Source: Oopsacas minuta
Lineage: Eukaryota > Animalia > Porifera
NCBI GenBank assembly: GCA_024704765.1
Contig: JAKMXF010000110.1
Coordinates: forward strand, 372,001-436,000
DNA length: 64,000 nucleotides
Direction: 5' to 3'
In this document: positions 46,684 through 60,438 of the stretch, piece after piece
How positions within the stretch are numbered: position 1 is the first letter of the stretch
Layout: each line of letters opens with the position of its first letter
Position numbers and translations under genes: made by a program
The notes under the pieces: generated by a model
The model's database searches: none
What the model was told of the DNA's origin: nothing
What the model saw: only the letters and a program-made list of their open reading frames with translations

Positions 46684-49263
46684 TTAGTAAGGTGCGAACG
46701 TAGAATCTCGGTTTTGTTTGGAATCAGGTCCGGGTGTACCAGAGTCGCTAACCTTTTGACGTTGCTTCATTCTTCTTCTGGCATTTGCAAACCAATTAGA
46801 AACCTAAATTAACAAATAATTAAATATCTATGTTACTTTGACGGTTTAGGACTATATTTGCTCAATCTTAGATTTCAATATAACGAGCGTAAATAGTTAT
46901 GTAATATTTAAAAAAATTTAAAATTAGGATATTAACAACATAATTAATACTTTACCTGAGTATAGTTTAGTTGTGTGATATCACAGAGGCTTATTTTCTC
47001 CATCCTGCTAGGGTAAGGATGATGTTTATGTTTCTCAAACCATTCTAGGAGAGGAGATGCTCTCTCAGGAGTTAGCTTGTATCTTGGAGTACCGGTGAAA
47101 TTCTGATGATGAGCTAGGAGGCCAGGGAATTGTTGGTGTTGAAATCGTTGCTGACTATTTTAAGAGATATCTCAATTAAATAATATTCTTTACATGTTTA
47201 AAATAAAAACAGTGGAGTTCGCCTATTAGCAAGTCATACTTTGTATGAATATTCCTGGCTATTACATGGACTTCTATTAGGGAAATTATTTCAAATACTA
47301 AATGGAGTCTAAGCCCTGAAAAAACTTAAGCACTGTATGAATGTTTATTTTGTAAACTTACCCAACAAATTGGTTCTCGTGCAGCATCAAGGTAGGATTG
47401 ACTCCTGGATAAGCAGCCATATGTGGAGAGAAGGGATTGCGTGATGGTTGTAATGTCTTCTGTAGTGTATTGAAAGGAGAAGCTGAAAAGTCTTGTGTGT
47501 TGAATACGTTAGTTGGATTGTTTATATTTTGGCTGTTTGGGCTGGAATTTTGTTTCATGTAATTCTAAAATATAATTATTTGCTCAATAGTCAATTTTTC
47601 TGGATTACTTAGCGATTTAATCACTCAGCTGACAATTTTATTAGATAAATAATGCAATATTGTCCAACTCATTCTTGTATTATTATTCAAACCGCTATCT
47701 ATGTTAGGATATGTACAGCTATAATGATGCAAATGTTTCGTTGTATAATTATGGCATAGACATTGGTGTGTGGAATGACTGGAAATTGATTCAGTGTTAT
47801 ACATACAATTCTAGTTGAATCTTGTCATTGGCTAAGATTCATGATTATTAAAATTAATTATTTAAAAGACGAGAAAGTTGAATAATTATTAGTTATATTG
47901 TTCTGTAATTTGTTGTATAACTTTGCATGAATTTATTTTCTGCTATAAAATATATTTCTTGCTTTATCATAATCATATATTTATTACAAAGTGTCATAAT
48001 ATATTGCAATAGATGTCATTTTAAGTTCAATTAATTTCGAGTAATTGTAATTGATAAGATTCAGGCTAAGTACATTTGTAATCCACGGCCAATCGTAAAG
48101 ACAGCCTTTTATGTACTGGCATATGCTTCCACAGATTACTTCGCTAATTACATAATTAGAAGTCAACTTTTTAACCTAATTTTTTAACTGACCTGTAAGG
48201 GGTTGCCTCCTGGAGTGAGTTGGACTTGCTGTGAGTGTGTAGCTGGCACTGCAACAAAGCTTGGGTACCTAACGAAACAAATTGCATTAAACTACGTGCA
48301 AATACTTACAGTCGATATAAGTGGGTATTTCGATATTTCCGTGCTCTATATAACGGGAAATTATCTATTGGCTATCCATGGTGTAATTTGATATTACAAT
48401 AAGTAGCAAGTTTATTATTATTATGAATCATACTTGAGTTTATCGGATTAGATAAATGCACAATTACAAGACACGTTGGCGCACTCGTTATAATCATTTT
48501 CATATCAATTGCCTGTCTCTCAATATCGTTTGTAATGACATCATACATTATTCCTAAAGATGGTGTTGCAGCCAGCTTGCAATCAAAACTTAGAATTTTG
48601 CGAAGTATGGCTTCCTTGTTCCTTAAGTATTTCAAAGATTATCGGCTTTGTACGACGAATTAATTATTTGGGAATGCAAATCGGAGACATAATTATTCGC
48701 TAACAGTTTTTTCATAATTTTCCTAATATTCGAAATGTAGAATTGTTCTCAAAATTCATTTGGCACTTCTACTACAATTTCAATGGGGATCCTTTTGCTA
48801 ACTGCAAAATAATATGTCTTCGGAATCCTACATATATTTATATTTACAGTATTGCAATAGCACTTACCGATAAATTGAAGTATCTGTTGCATGTAATGGA
48901 CATCTCTGTAGAGATGTAGGTATACCTGTTGGTGTGAGTGCCGAGGTTGCTGTAGGCGTTCCTTCTGGACTGTGATTCTCATTTCCTCCCGAGCTGATCA
49001 CCGGGTTAAAGTTGGCTGAAATTGGTTGTGCCTAATAAAAATGAAAATAAATTGCAAGGGATTATTCAGTTATTTGTATGTCTCTTAATGTTGTTGCAAT
49101 TTGTTGAATATTTTTACAATGATCGCTATCGCCAGTGTAACTAATCCCAACTAATTTATACTAATTTCTCTAATTATAACCGATACTCGTTAAGGTATGT
49201 AATCCCTTTCAAATTTTACTAAATATTGCACTAAAATGTTCAACTCACCATTATGAAGCTCAT
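46684..49263 (-). CDS. Irx-like: TALE-class homeobox transcription factor, Iroquois/Mohawk-like; 6 exons, about 258 aa
   Basis: Minus-strand exons: 49263-49249 (MSFIM, donor GTGAGT), 49031-48868, 48268-48193, 47564-47362, 47154-46956, 46803-46684 (777 nt, phases consistent). Homeodomain TPRYKLTPERASPLLEWFEKHKHHPYPSRMEKISLCDITQLNYTQ|VSNWFANARRRMK has the TALE PYP loop and Ala50 (WFANA), typical of IRX/MKX. The 5' exons are less certain than the homeodomain exons. Confidence 0.85.
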
Positions 49264-51329
49264 GTTTATGTGTTATCTGTGTTGTGAGTATATTTTGTAA
49301 TTGGAGACGGTTAGTTAGCACTTTCTTCTGAAATCAGTAATTTTCAGTGTTACAACTTGTAATGTTAAACATTGTGTATTAAATCCTTTTATACTTGAGC
49401 ACTGTGTTGCATTAGTTTGATTGAGTATACAAGGCTTCTAGCTTGTTGAGTACAATTACAGTACTAGATTATTCTAAATTTGTAGATATATGTTGTTTCC
49501 AGCTTTAGAACAAGAATTATGTTTACTGAGTCTATAAGGAGTTTGGAAATAACTCGTTATTTTGTCATGCAGATGCTGTTTTATGATCTGTTGACAAAAT
49601 GTTTCGAATTCACTGTAAAAATCTATTTTAATCCAGATTTCGAGAGGATAAATATACAATCAGGTTCTAAAAGTTACAAATAATGTATACCGGCTTGCTC
49701 AAACTGGTATATTTCAATTTAAAAGGCTCAAAAATATTTTCTTTGCCCAGTTTACATTACATTATGATACGTACAAATTTGTAAATATTTAGATTCTATA
49801 ATTATTTAATTATTTGCGAGCATTTATTCAAAGATTCAAATGTGATTATTCTTAATCCTAAGAATTATTGGAGTCAATGATAATCACATAATCCGAAGAT
49901 GAAATTTCATGATTTGAACATAAAATACCTGATTTGTTGTGTTATTAGTCAGCCTTACTGGCCAACTTCTCAATGGGTCACGTAATCATTACTAACTCCA
50001 AGTACTATTGAAGCATGTTATGACTGGGGAATAATACGGTAGAGCTTGCTCATTAGCAACTCGTTTAAAAGAAACATTTAGTTATTTAGTAGTAATCAAT
50101 TTTCGACAATCGCTAATGATCCATATCACATTCAGGTATAAGAGCTGCAGATTAAAAATACTACAATTTCTTTTGAGATCTTGTAATAGTTATTCATTTA
50201 ACAGTCGACTAATGTTGCATGAATGAACAATCTTATTTGTTGAAATTTTTGTTGCAATAACGGATTTATATTGGCATGTATTATAACCGGTAAAAATTAT
50301 ATGGAGAATGATTCTGTAATTCAAATTGTAGTCTTGTAACCGACATGGAATGGCAAATCACTCAGTAATTCTCTTGAATAAATACTCTCAAAAAACTTAT
50401 GTTTACATGTTGTTGACAATTGATTCTGGTTAGGAGTATTCATTTATGGTCTTGAAATATGTGTGGATGCAATTCCCCGACCATGAAATTCCTATTTCAC
50501 TCATAACCGCTAAATCATAATATTTTAGTATTTACATGTAGTATTTTGTTTTCACATTCCAAATATTGAATTGAATTAAAATTTAGAACTATATGGTATG
50601 ACCAGATCAATTGTTTTGATTCATTGGATATTTGGTAAACTTCAAGCGAAATTACGTAGGTACTGTTTAGAAAGCCCTTCATGAAAGATAGGCTATAATT
50701 AATATTTTTAATACAAAAGCACTTGCAAATAGGCTACATATTGGTATGTGTATTATTTGCAATATTCTACATAGAAGCCTAGAGGGGTAATTTCTATTAT
50801 TGCATTGTTGCATGAACCAGATATGAATTTGATCAGTGATAGGACTCTTGGATGTTGTAGGGTGGGAACACTTGTTTAGCAGAATCTATGAGTATAATTA
50901 TTATACCCAGAATTGCTATGAAGCCTCTTAATTTGGAACATACAGTATTTAAATCTCTGGTATACAAGGGCTATTACAAAGTGATAAAGTATCTTCCATA
51001 TTTTACTTGCTTAACAACAATTTGCTATCGATTAATCTATAATTTGTTACAACATTTTATAAGTGATATCTCAAAGAAGCCTGTGATCAAACATAGTACA
51101 TTAAATGGCCCTTATGAGTAGTTGATTGAGCTTATTCCTTTGATAACATAAATTCTGGAATCCCAGTTAGGTGAAAATATGTGCCGATTTTATATAAATT
51201 ATGCAAATATTGTCATCACATTAACCTTGAGCACTTTTAAGTTAAAGCTTGAGAATTTTGACTGTATAATCAATTAGAGTCTGACTGAACAAACTTTATG
51301 AGCATTTCTTTAAATGAATTATTATCATA

Positions 51330-51610
51330 ATTATTAGTCATCGTTAGCAGCCATTGCTCCTATCTATTAACTTTATCTCCATGTAAGCTCCCATATAAGG
51401 TTAAAGCTTGTTGATGTAACAATACTCTAATTGTTTGTTTATCTTCTCCTAATTCTATGGTGATTTTAATAAAACAATCCTTCAGGGCAATTACCAAATG
51501 TCAACAATTGTCCAATATTACAGTTGCAAAGCTTCGCTTGTCTACATAGCTTAATATACTCTACACTGCAGAGAACAGATGTTTAAGTGCTTTAACCATT
51601 CCAGAATTTC
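51330..51610 (-). pseudogene. Possible decayed TPR-repeat (kinesin-light-chain/nephrocystin-like) fragment
   Basis: Frameshifted and stop-interrupted minus-strand translation gives ..CNIGQLLTFGNCPEGLFY* / ..IELGEDKQTIRVLLHQQALTLYGSLHGDK.., reminiscent of TPR helices. Pattern recognition only. Confidence 0.25.
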
Positions 51611-52519
51611 TGAAATCTTTGAAATCCTCTAACAACTACTTGATAGTGTAGCTGATTTAAATATTGTAGAATATAGACCGATATTCTTGATATATAATTA
51701 GACTTGAAAAGTAGTCATTTTATCTATTTTGGCTCGAAATTAATGCACTTTAATTGTTCTGAATAATAGTAGTTTTCGCAAATACAGTTCAACAGCAATA
51801 AAATGGCTTCTGTTTCAAATCTCTAGCAAACATAAAAGTTAAATGTCTAGACGACGATAAATCACATGTATATACTGAACGTATAGCAAATATAGCAATT
51901 CCATATGAAGATTCTTGGTATTTGGGGTACAGTTTCATTTTAATTCTAGGGAAATAGATTGCCTCACATTTTACGGCCCTTGTGCACGGATGGTTAATCA
52001 TGCCACTTTATGTTTTGATTAGTAGCTACAAATATGGTTACAAACTGTCAAAAGTAGATATTTTTCATCGGTTATAATGAAATATTTATCGTGGTTCTTT
52101 GGGTTTGGTATAACTGGAGTTGGGTGTATATAGTTAAAACTAGAGAACAGACTCGTATAGCCGTATTTCATATTTCTCCCAGAATATTTTACTGACTGCA
52201 CCGTAAAATACACTTTATTAACGAAAAAGCTTCTCATTCCAAATTTTAACAGGCTTCTTAAATAAATTATCACAACAATGAAGACTGATGGTAAGTAAGG
52301 TAAACAATGCTTATAAGGTGTATGTGATGACTATCTGTATAGTTTACATATTAAATAACTACATGATAAGTAATTATACAAGGTTATAAAAGCCTCTTTG
52401 TATTCATGACAGTGTTTGGTAATTTGAATTTTGGACAAAATGTGTATTGACTAGAAGACAGATTTCATAATGAGAGATCCTAACCAAGATGGTGTATTAT
52501 TTAATTTGTTATGCGTATA

Positions 52520-52695
52520 AAGTCAACTCCGTTATTTCGAAGCTCAATGGACCGTGATCATTACTTTGATATAAGCGGAATTCAATATAACCGATAAAAA
52601 TATTTGTGCTTTGACATTTTGGGATCGCATTTGTTCAGACTTAGGTAAAATCGGGTATTCCGATATATCCGTGTCGATATAATGGGAGTTGATTT
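52520..52695. mobile_element. MITE family A copy
   Basis: AGTCAACTCCGTTATTTCGAAGCTCAATGGACCGTGAT..CCGATATATCCGTGTCGATATAATGGGAGTTGAT. Confidence 0.8.
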
Positions 52696-55600
52696 CAAGT
52701 TGGGACTTGGGAGGGGAGAAAATTGTCTAATAAATTCGGGATGCAGAATAAACGTAAAGTAGCAATAAGGAAATATCTAAATTTACAAAATTACATTCAA
52801 ATCTAACTTAATAAATGAATAACAGCTGTTAATTTCTTGTCTGGACAAATATATTCACCTTGTTTACTAGAATACCATTTATCACAATCTTATCTGAATT
52901 CTTCCTCTATAAGGAAATAGTATGTCTGTTGATGAGAGATTATTACTAAATATTTGAGATATCAAATCAGAAATATCTATGTAATCTGTCATCGTAAGTT
53001 AGCTAAAAATTACAACTGTCAAGAAGGGCTCTATAATTGCGATTGAAGCTGCTTTGATCTATAGATGCCTTACAACATAAACTATCTGATAAGTAAATTA
53101 CTTGTTTGCCATTCAAATAACGAGATCATTAAATTACTAATTTTAATCGCATGGCCTTTGTATATGTCAAGTATACGTTATTCTGATAATCCCAACTTTA
53201 GTAGAGGAATACTTTGAACTTTATAATGTAAAATCAGTATTCTACAAGGAAATAGACTGTTTCGTTAAGAGATATGCTAAAACATTAGTAATATAGTGTA
53301 ATTAGCTTGTTGTAACAGATTTCCTATTGAAGTATGCTATTGATAAGCTGTTACTCGTAAGAATCTCTCTATGCGCTTGCTAAGTAGAGATAGGCTTTGA
53401 ATTGGCTGCTTGTTGCGCAGAGTGGAGCTGAAAAGTGCCAGCTGAGTCCGTTTAGGGTTGGTTCCTTCATGCTTGTAGGAATCTACAATAGTTTAATAAA
53501 TTTAAAGTAATTTTACCAGAATTCTGATGATAATTACTGTTAAACACATCAAAGACTTTACAATATAATTATAACAATGCATAGCTATTGTCCAAACATA
53601 CTCAATAATTTAATACATATTTGTTCTCATTAGTAATGCACGCCTTCATAGAATCTACTGAGAAAATGAAATTATTCAATCACATCTATTGGGACCAGGA
53701 GAATATATTGGGTGTTGGTGAGATCAAGTTAGGAGGGATGTAACAAAGCATTTTGAGACACCTATCTTAAAATAGCCAAAGACTTCTATCTCCTAAGGTC
53801 ATGTACTCGCATACTGTAGAAATATTAAGTATTTTAATCATGGGCAATTAATGTATTTAAACACTAATCTTTCATGTAATGGGTGTATCCATTTGGGCCA
53901 TGAGATTACTGGATAAAAAATGGACATATTTGGTGTGCAAATTATATGAAGTTAGATTGATGTCTATAGATTATCACTGAGATTATATTACACATTGATT
54001 TGATGGATTATTTTTACAAGTACTCTCTAATCAAGTTTTGATATAAACAGATCGCAGCATTGTGAGACCTGATTTCGTATTCAATTAATATATGTTTAGC
54101 AAATAACGGAGATTTTGAATTACTTTCAGATAGAATTTCGAATTTAATAGTTACAACTTTTCCGAATGTAATTCGATTTACAAATTAAACTTTTGAAAAT
54201 GGGAAATTTGTAGTTACTAATTTATGTATTATTGAATAGAAATATATTCCTTTGAAGTTTGGGGGTTTACTGCACGAATTTACTTCATTTAGTTTTACTA
54301 TACCTTTGCATTTTGATGAATGCATTCATTGGAGCATATGTTAAATGTTGTCAATGATTTAATTGTTGCAATCTATGTAGTTGAAAGTATAAAATAAGTT
54401 TTTTAGAAATAACAATTAATCTGCTTACATATTCCAGATGTTAAGCTGGGACATGTAAGCAAAATCTACACCCTTTCTTTAATAGAAACTTCCATCAGCT
54501 TGTTTGTGGAAAGATTGTACTTGCGTCATCAATATACAAGCTTTGAACCTGTACAATTTATAGTCATTAGTTTATCAAACAAGACCAAATTATTTAAATT
54601 AGAGCGATCAGAAGATAATTTTGTGAATTTCATTTTTATCAAGTAAACTCCAGATAAACAAGGAAAATACTTTATTAATTTTAGAAAATTCTTCGTCTAT
54701 TCGCATGATATTCTAATTGTCGGAATAAATAAACAAACAACTCGCATCTGGAAAGTTAATATAAATAGATTCTTCAAATTCAAATACTTGTCAACTAACT
54801 CAATAAATTAGCGCTTCTGACAGCATCTGTAATACGAGACATACCAAATTAAGTAATTCTATTTTAAAGGAGCATAAAATTCTAGAAATCATAGTAAATA
54901 ATAAAAAGAGTTAAAAACCAAGTTTTAAGATGATAATTATCTAAATCCGAATTGTTTTGGAACTTTGATTATTGAATAGAAATCCTGAACGGTTATCTTT
55001 GAAACAGCTTGATAGATGTAAAGACAGATGTCAAATAGTTGGATCACATATTCTAATCCGTATTCTGTGGTAATTATGGCATGATAAATATCATTTTCAA
55101 AGGCAGATAATTACTCATATATTTGAATTAATAGATTAGCTATTGAGTGTGAAGTAGTACGAATACAAGAGATTGATTTGAGATAATTATAATAATCTCG
55201 AGCAGATTAACATAGTTCTCTCTTGTTACTGTACACAATGGGTACTTTAATTGTTTGATATTTTGAATTTCTTGAATATCTTTAGATTCATCTTTGGTCA
55301 TGTATTTGCACTCAACTTGTGCTATCCATCGATTACATTTGTAGACATTTTTCTCGAATATTTAAACTAATACATATTTATGAACCATGACTTCTTTTGA
55401 AATACTCAAAGATTTTAGAATAGCTTCACCACCTACACGATTTCAAATGGGTTTACAAAATGCCAGATTTAGTTTTTTTGTATAACTTTAATTAATAAAA
55501 ATTTAACGGAATAGAGCAACTCACAATGAAACTAACTGTTACTTATCACTGAACTGTATGTTACATTGGTGTATGTGTGAAATATTTTTGCTGGTTTCTT

Positions 55601-56154
55601 CGCAAATATCACCTCCCATTCAGAACTGACATTAATACAACCCGGGTTAATTATCAAAACTGGTAAACACTAATTGCATTATCCACAAAGATAAAACGGT
55701 TAAAATGAAAATAAATTATAATTGATTGTAAAAGAGATGGTTATGTTTTTGCAACTGGTGGAAAGATTAGAATGTTCTAGTCGTCATTTGAACTATTTAA
55801 TAATTTGTAGAAATGTTGGGCAATGAGCACAGGTGACTTGCCTCAATAACATGCAGTGGACACAAAAACATAAGTTTCATAATAGCATCAAATGGTTTGA
55901 ATATCTTTATTGTGTAGACAGAGACAACAGATTATGCGTGTTTTGGTTTAACAATATTTCAAAAGAACTCTTCACAAAAACGTACATCTTATTCACACTG
56001 TAAATATATTGTGGTAACAATCTGATAAAACTTAATTTCCATCAATTATACGTAATAACATTCAGGATGCTAAATACAGATTTAACCAGAAGCGTGATAT
56101 ACTCCTTTAAGCGTATTATTTCTTGTTTTATTAGTTAAAAATATTTTAAATAGC

Positions 56155-56328
56155 ATTTACTCCCGGTTATCAAACGAAGTACTCACTTATATCGAAAATT
56201 CGAAATGTAAAATTGTCCAAATATTTTACCAACCGTCAAAGTAACATATAAATATCAGTACTATTGAACTCTGCTTTTATCGAAGTAATTATCGCGGTCT
56301 CTAGAGCTTCGATAACGGGAGTTGACTC
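56155..56328. mobile_element. MITE family A copy (reverse orientation)
   Basis: ..ACCGTCAAAGTAACATAT..TATCGAAGTAATTATCGCGGTCTCTAGAGCTTCGATAACGGGAGTTGACTC|TA. Confidence 0.8.
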
Positions 56329-57202
56329 TAATAGCTGAATATCCACTTTAGTATTCGATTATATTAATTCTAATTAACTAAAAATTACGTGTAAATACTA
56401 TACGTATCATATTTCAACTTGCAATCACAAGATACAGTAAATTCACATATTATACACTAAGTCATTAATTATAATTACTGCTTGTCCCAGGAAAACTATC
56501 ATATTATTACCGTAGTAACAATATGTAATTAATCTATATCAAGGGAGTTAACATAGCAATTCCCTGCATTATACTCTCAAGTTTGCTGATCTAATACATT
56601 AGAATAATGTTCATTGATCCTTAAAATAATCTTGTGCTGTGTATTTACACATTTATGCTATATTTAGCTAATCTCAAATTGCTGATTGCAATTTGCATAA
56701 ATTAGGATATAGTCGAGAAATGGAAGATTTATAATCAAACTATCTACTCACACTAAAAAATGAATAACCAGACCGTAAGACGTGTTCTAGACAAGTTTTA
56801 ATTAATAGAATCTGGATGGAAGGAAGGATCACTTTGATTTCTTGTAGGGTAAATAATTTGTCATTCATCAGGGTGGATAAAGTATGCTAATTTCTAGTAT
56901 GTATTTGCGTTGACTACTCGACATAATTATAGTAATTCTTTGATCTTTGTATATTGCGTATATTACTTATTTTAACTTTTTGATTCATTGACCATAGGCC
57001 TAAAAAGGATTGACGTACAACAATTCACCTCTTTATGATGGCAACAAACAGTAACGTAGTTTGAATTCATCGGCGTTGGTAGGAAAATAGTATACACAAA
57101 CATATCTTGTATTTTTACCAAATTTAAGATAAAGAAGTACTTTCAAATGACGTAACACCGTTAACCAGAATTTAGGAATAACGAAATACATACTTGAGAC
57201 AC

Positions 57203-57302
57203 CAGTTTCATTTCGCTATAAGCGGTATTTCTTTGGAGTAAAATCAATTACTTTCAAGCTATATGGTTAAAAAGAATCACTTCGTTATTCGGGAGTTTAC
57301 TG
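57203..57302. mobile_element. MITE family A2 copy
   Basis: Shares GGAGTAAAATCAATTACTTTCAAGCTA..GAATCACTTCGTTAT.CGGGA.TTTACTG|TA with 20898-21024. Confidence 0.7.
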
Positions 57303-60277
57303 TACGTTTAATTTACAATAAAGTATTATTATAAATGTATTCTTCGTTTTAAAATTTCTGATCAATTCTTCCTCCATGAAAAGCAGAATATTTCACAAAC
57401 AAAGCTCACAAACCTTCGTAAATTCTCTTGAAACTATCTCTCCGATTTTGATAGAAAGATAGTTCTCTGATCATCTAATGGGTATTAATTAATTTCATAA
57501 ACTATACAAAACAAGTCAATTTTATGGTTTATAGGTATGTCTGAATTAATTTCTGAAAATCATCATGATAGTGAAATAAAATAATACGGGCCATGTAAAC
57601 ATGATTACAGTATGTTGTTTCCGATAAATGAAGAGTGCTGGAGGTTTCTAATAGCACCCAACATATGGTATATACCTAAAATGACCAATCGTTAATTCAA
57701 AGAATCAATTAACAGTGATAAACTGCTGGTGAATATCGAATTCTGTTAAGTGTTTGTCAGACCACTCTAAAATCAAAACCGATTGTATTAACCCCACTTA
57801 ATCACGGAATTTTGAGTAGGTCGACATAGTGATTAATTAGTGTTTTGTTGAAGCCTGTCACATAAGGTATTTCACCCAATAATCGCTATAAAATAGATTA
57901 AATGCAAGTTAAGTAATTTTGTAATTAATAAACTAAGATACCGTACATACCAGGTATTCGATAGGTTATAAGGCTAAGACAGACAATACAATTCATTAAA
58001 TATCCATTTGCAAGAACTCGCTATTTTAATGTGTAATTTCGAAAAGAAATAAATTGACCTTTGTCAATGGGTGCCATTCAGGCACGAGGAAGTAGTATAG
58101 AGAGATTATTCCACATAAATTTAGTTCAATTAACAATTCCATTATTGTATCTTTAGACTTCTCATTTGCAGCAAAGTTAAATTAAGTTTGAATAATATCT
58201 TACTGTAGGATCCTGCAAGAGAATTTGATTAACATCTTGAAGGTATACTTACTCCAAAGTCATGTCATGTCATTAGCGCAAATGTTCTCAAAATGTTCAT
58301 GGTTTTACACTGTTCATGGCAGGACATTACGTGAAATCAAATGACCACATCTCGATCTCTGAACGTGTTCTTGCCAAATGTAACAGTCAAGTCCCAAATG
58401 ATTAAGTTACTCATTTCGAGTGAGATTTGGTCTCCCAAAATTCCATTAATAAACAGATGGATAATTAAGATGAAACCTATATACTCAAGAGGAGGGGTTA
58501 TCTCTATTAAGATTTCCTACATTATGACTGTAAGATATGCATTGCTATTCTCTGAAATAACAATTTGTTAAGCTGATGCTCTCTTACTTTAATAGACTTG
58601 TTTTCAATCTCAGCTCTAACATTCTGACAGAATCCTTCCACCTGTTCGCATCTATTCGATACATTAAGTGTTATAGACCTGTTTTGTTAGTTGTTTTCGG
58701 ATATTCTTACTATTAAATTTCAGCCTCATATCATTAGAATAAATTTTCTAAGCCAAGTGGCATATATCCTTATAAGGTATCTATCGATACCTGAGTAGAT
58801 AGCTTAGAATAGCTAATTAAGTGGATTATTATATACTGTAGATAAACCATAGAAAGTTGAGATGTCTATCAACATATGTGATCCTAAGAACCTATCTAGC
58901 TAGTTGACAAATTTAGTAATTGTTTTAGTTGTGTAGACAGAAACATTGGTTGAAGCTAATAATAATACTTACAGTTGTTCTAGTACTGTTGTGCGTGCAG
59001 TAGTATAGATGGTGATAGGAGTGATACAACCATATTTAGCTTGTTTACTCAGACATGTCTTATTTAGATATTCTGAGCATTGGGGAAATTCGGAAATTCG
59101 CAAAAATGGTAATTATCGCGGTCCGTTGAATTTGATATAACAGGAGTTGATTGTATGTTAAAATATGTTTAGTGGAAAATTATTTGGGTTTCAGAATCTA
59201 AGATGAGATAATTGCAATCAAATTATAATCACGTATTATAAGGAACATTACAAGTGTTTTAAACTACGCTCGAATCCTTAGCTAATACATTTCCAAGTAC
59301 ACAAATTAATTACAGGGTTTTAAACTTACAATTGCAAGCCTGATCTCACTCTACTTACATTTAGAGTGTTTTCTTATATCAAATGTGTACAGATAAATCT
59401 TAAAAATTGTAATGAATTGAAACAATCTAGGTATCTTATGTCTAACTATGCAAACTCGATTGTTTCATGTGTTTGCAATTTGTTGAGACTGCAAAGTATC
59501 TAAGATACTAGGAAAATTTTCGCATTTCTAGTGGAGTATGTCATATGTAAGTTAATCACGACCTATGAAATAAATTTCTGATAAATAAAACATTATATAA
59601 TATACGAGTTAACAAACAGAATCTGTTGATTAGTATTCATAAACTTGCAATTAGAGTAAACAATATTCTTTCAAAATTTGTCAATTATTTCAACTGTCCA
59701 ATTACACTTTATATTCATCTTTTAAAAGTTAAATACTTTAATAAAGAGTAAACTACTTTTTAGGCAGATTGTGCTTTTGACATGAAAATGCATCTCATAA
59801 AAGGTGCGATGACCATATAGCACATATCCAATAATTTATTCTAGCTATATAAATTTATCAGTCACTAAAATGCTTCCATTCCTGCCTCTTGTAAGAATTT
59901 GTATAAAAGGAATTCCCCGGAAGTATACAATATGAACTGTGTTATTGTGTCCAGTTTAACTGATACTGGTACCAGTTTATAATTGGCTTTTAAGACCTTT
60001 TAGATTCATCTAATTTATGTGTTAATTAATTCACATTCCCCTTACCTATCCTGGTTGGCATATTAGGTAAAAGGCAACAACAGATCGTTCATTAAGGTGG
60101 ATTATTATAATTCTTCTCTGCGCAGACAATAGTAAGTAATTATAGTTAGCTATTTGCATAAACAAACAATAGAATTATAATATCCCTCCGTTGACATGAA
60201 CCCCAATGACATTATCTAATTCAGTAATAGCAGCTTTTAATTATAAGAATTAATTAAATTTTATTAAAATTGAGCTC

Positions 60278-60438
60278 CAGTCAACTCTCGCTATATCTAA
60301 ATACCCGCTTATATCGTTATCTGAATTTGTACAAATATGGTCCTAAGCCTTCAAAATAACTTGCAATTGATTGGTTATACCAACTCCGCTTAAATAACAT
60401 TAGCGTTATCTTGAGCTAGATATAACCCGAATTGACTG
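60278..60438. mobile_element. MITE family A copy (reverse orientation)
   Basis: CAGTCAACTCTCGCTATATCTAAATACCCGCTTATATCG..TTGTACAAATATGGTCC..GATATAACCCGAATTGACTG|TA. Confidence 0.8.

Noticed and set aside
47358-48982. ORFs 47358-47558, 48203-48391, 48372-48635 and 48749-48982 as independent genes
   Set aside because: The first is a TALE-gene exon; the others are off-frame, antisense or intronic overlaps of that gene.
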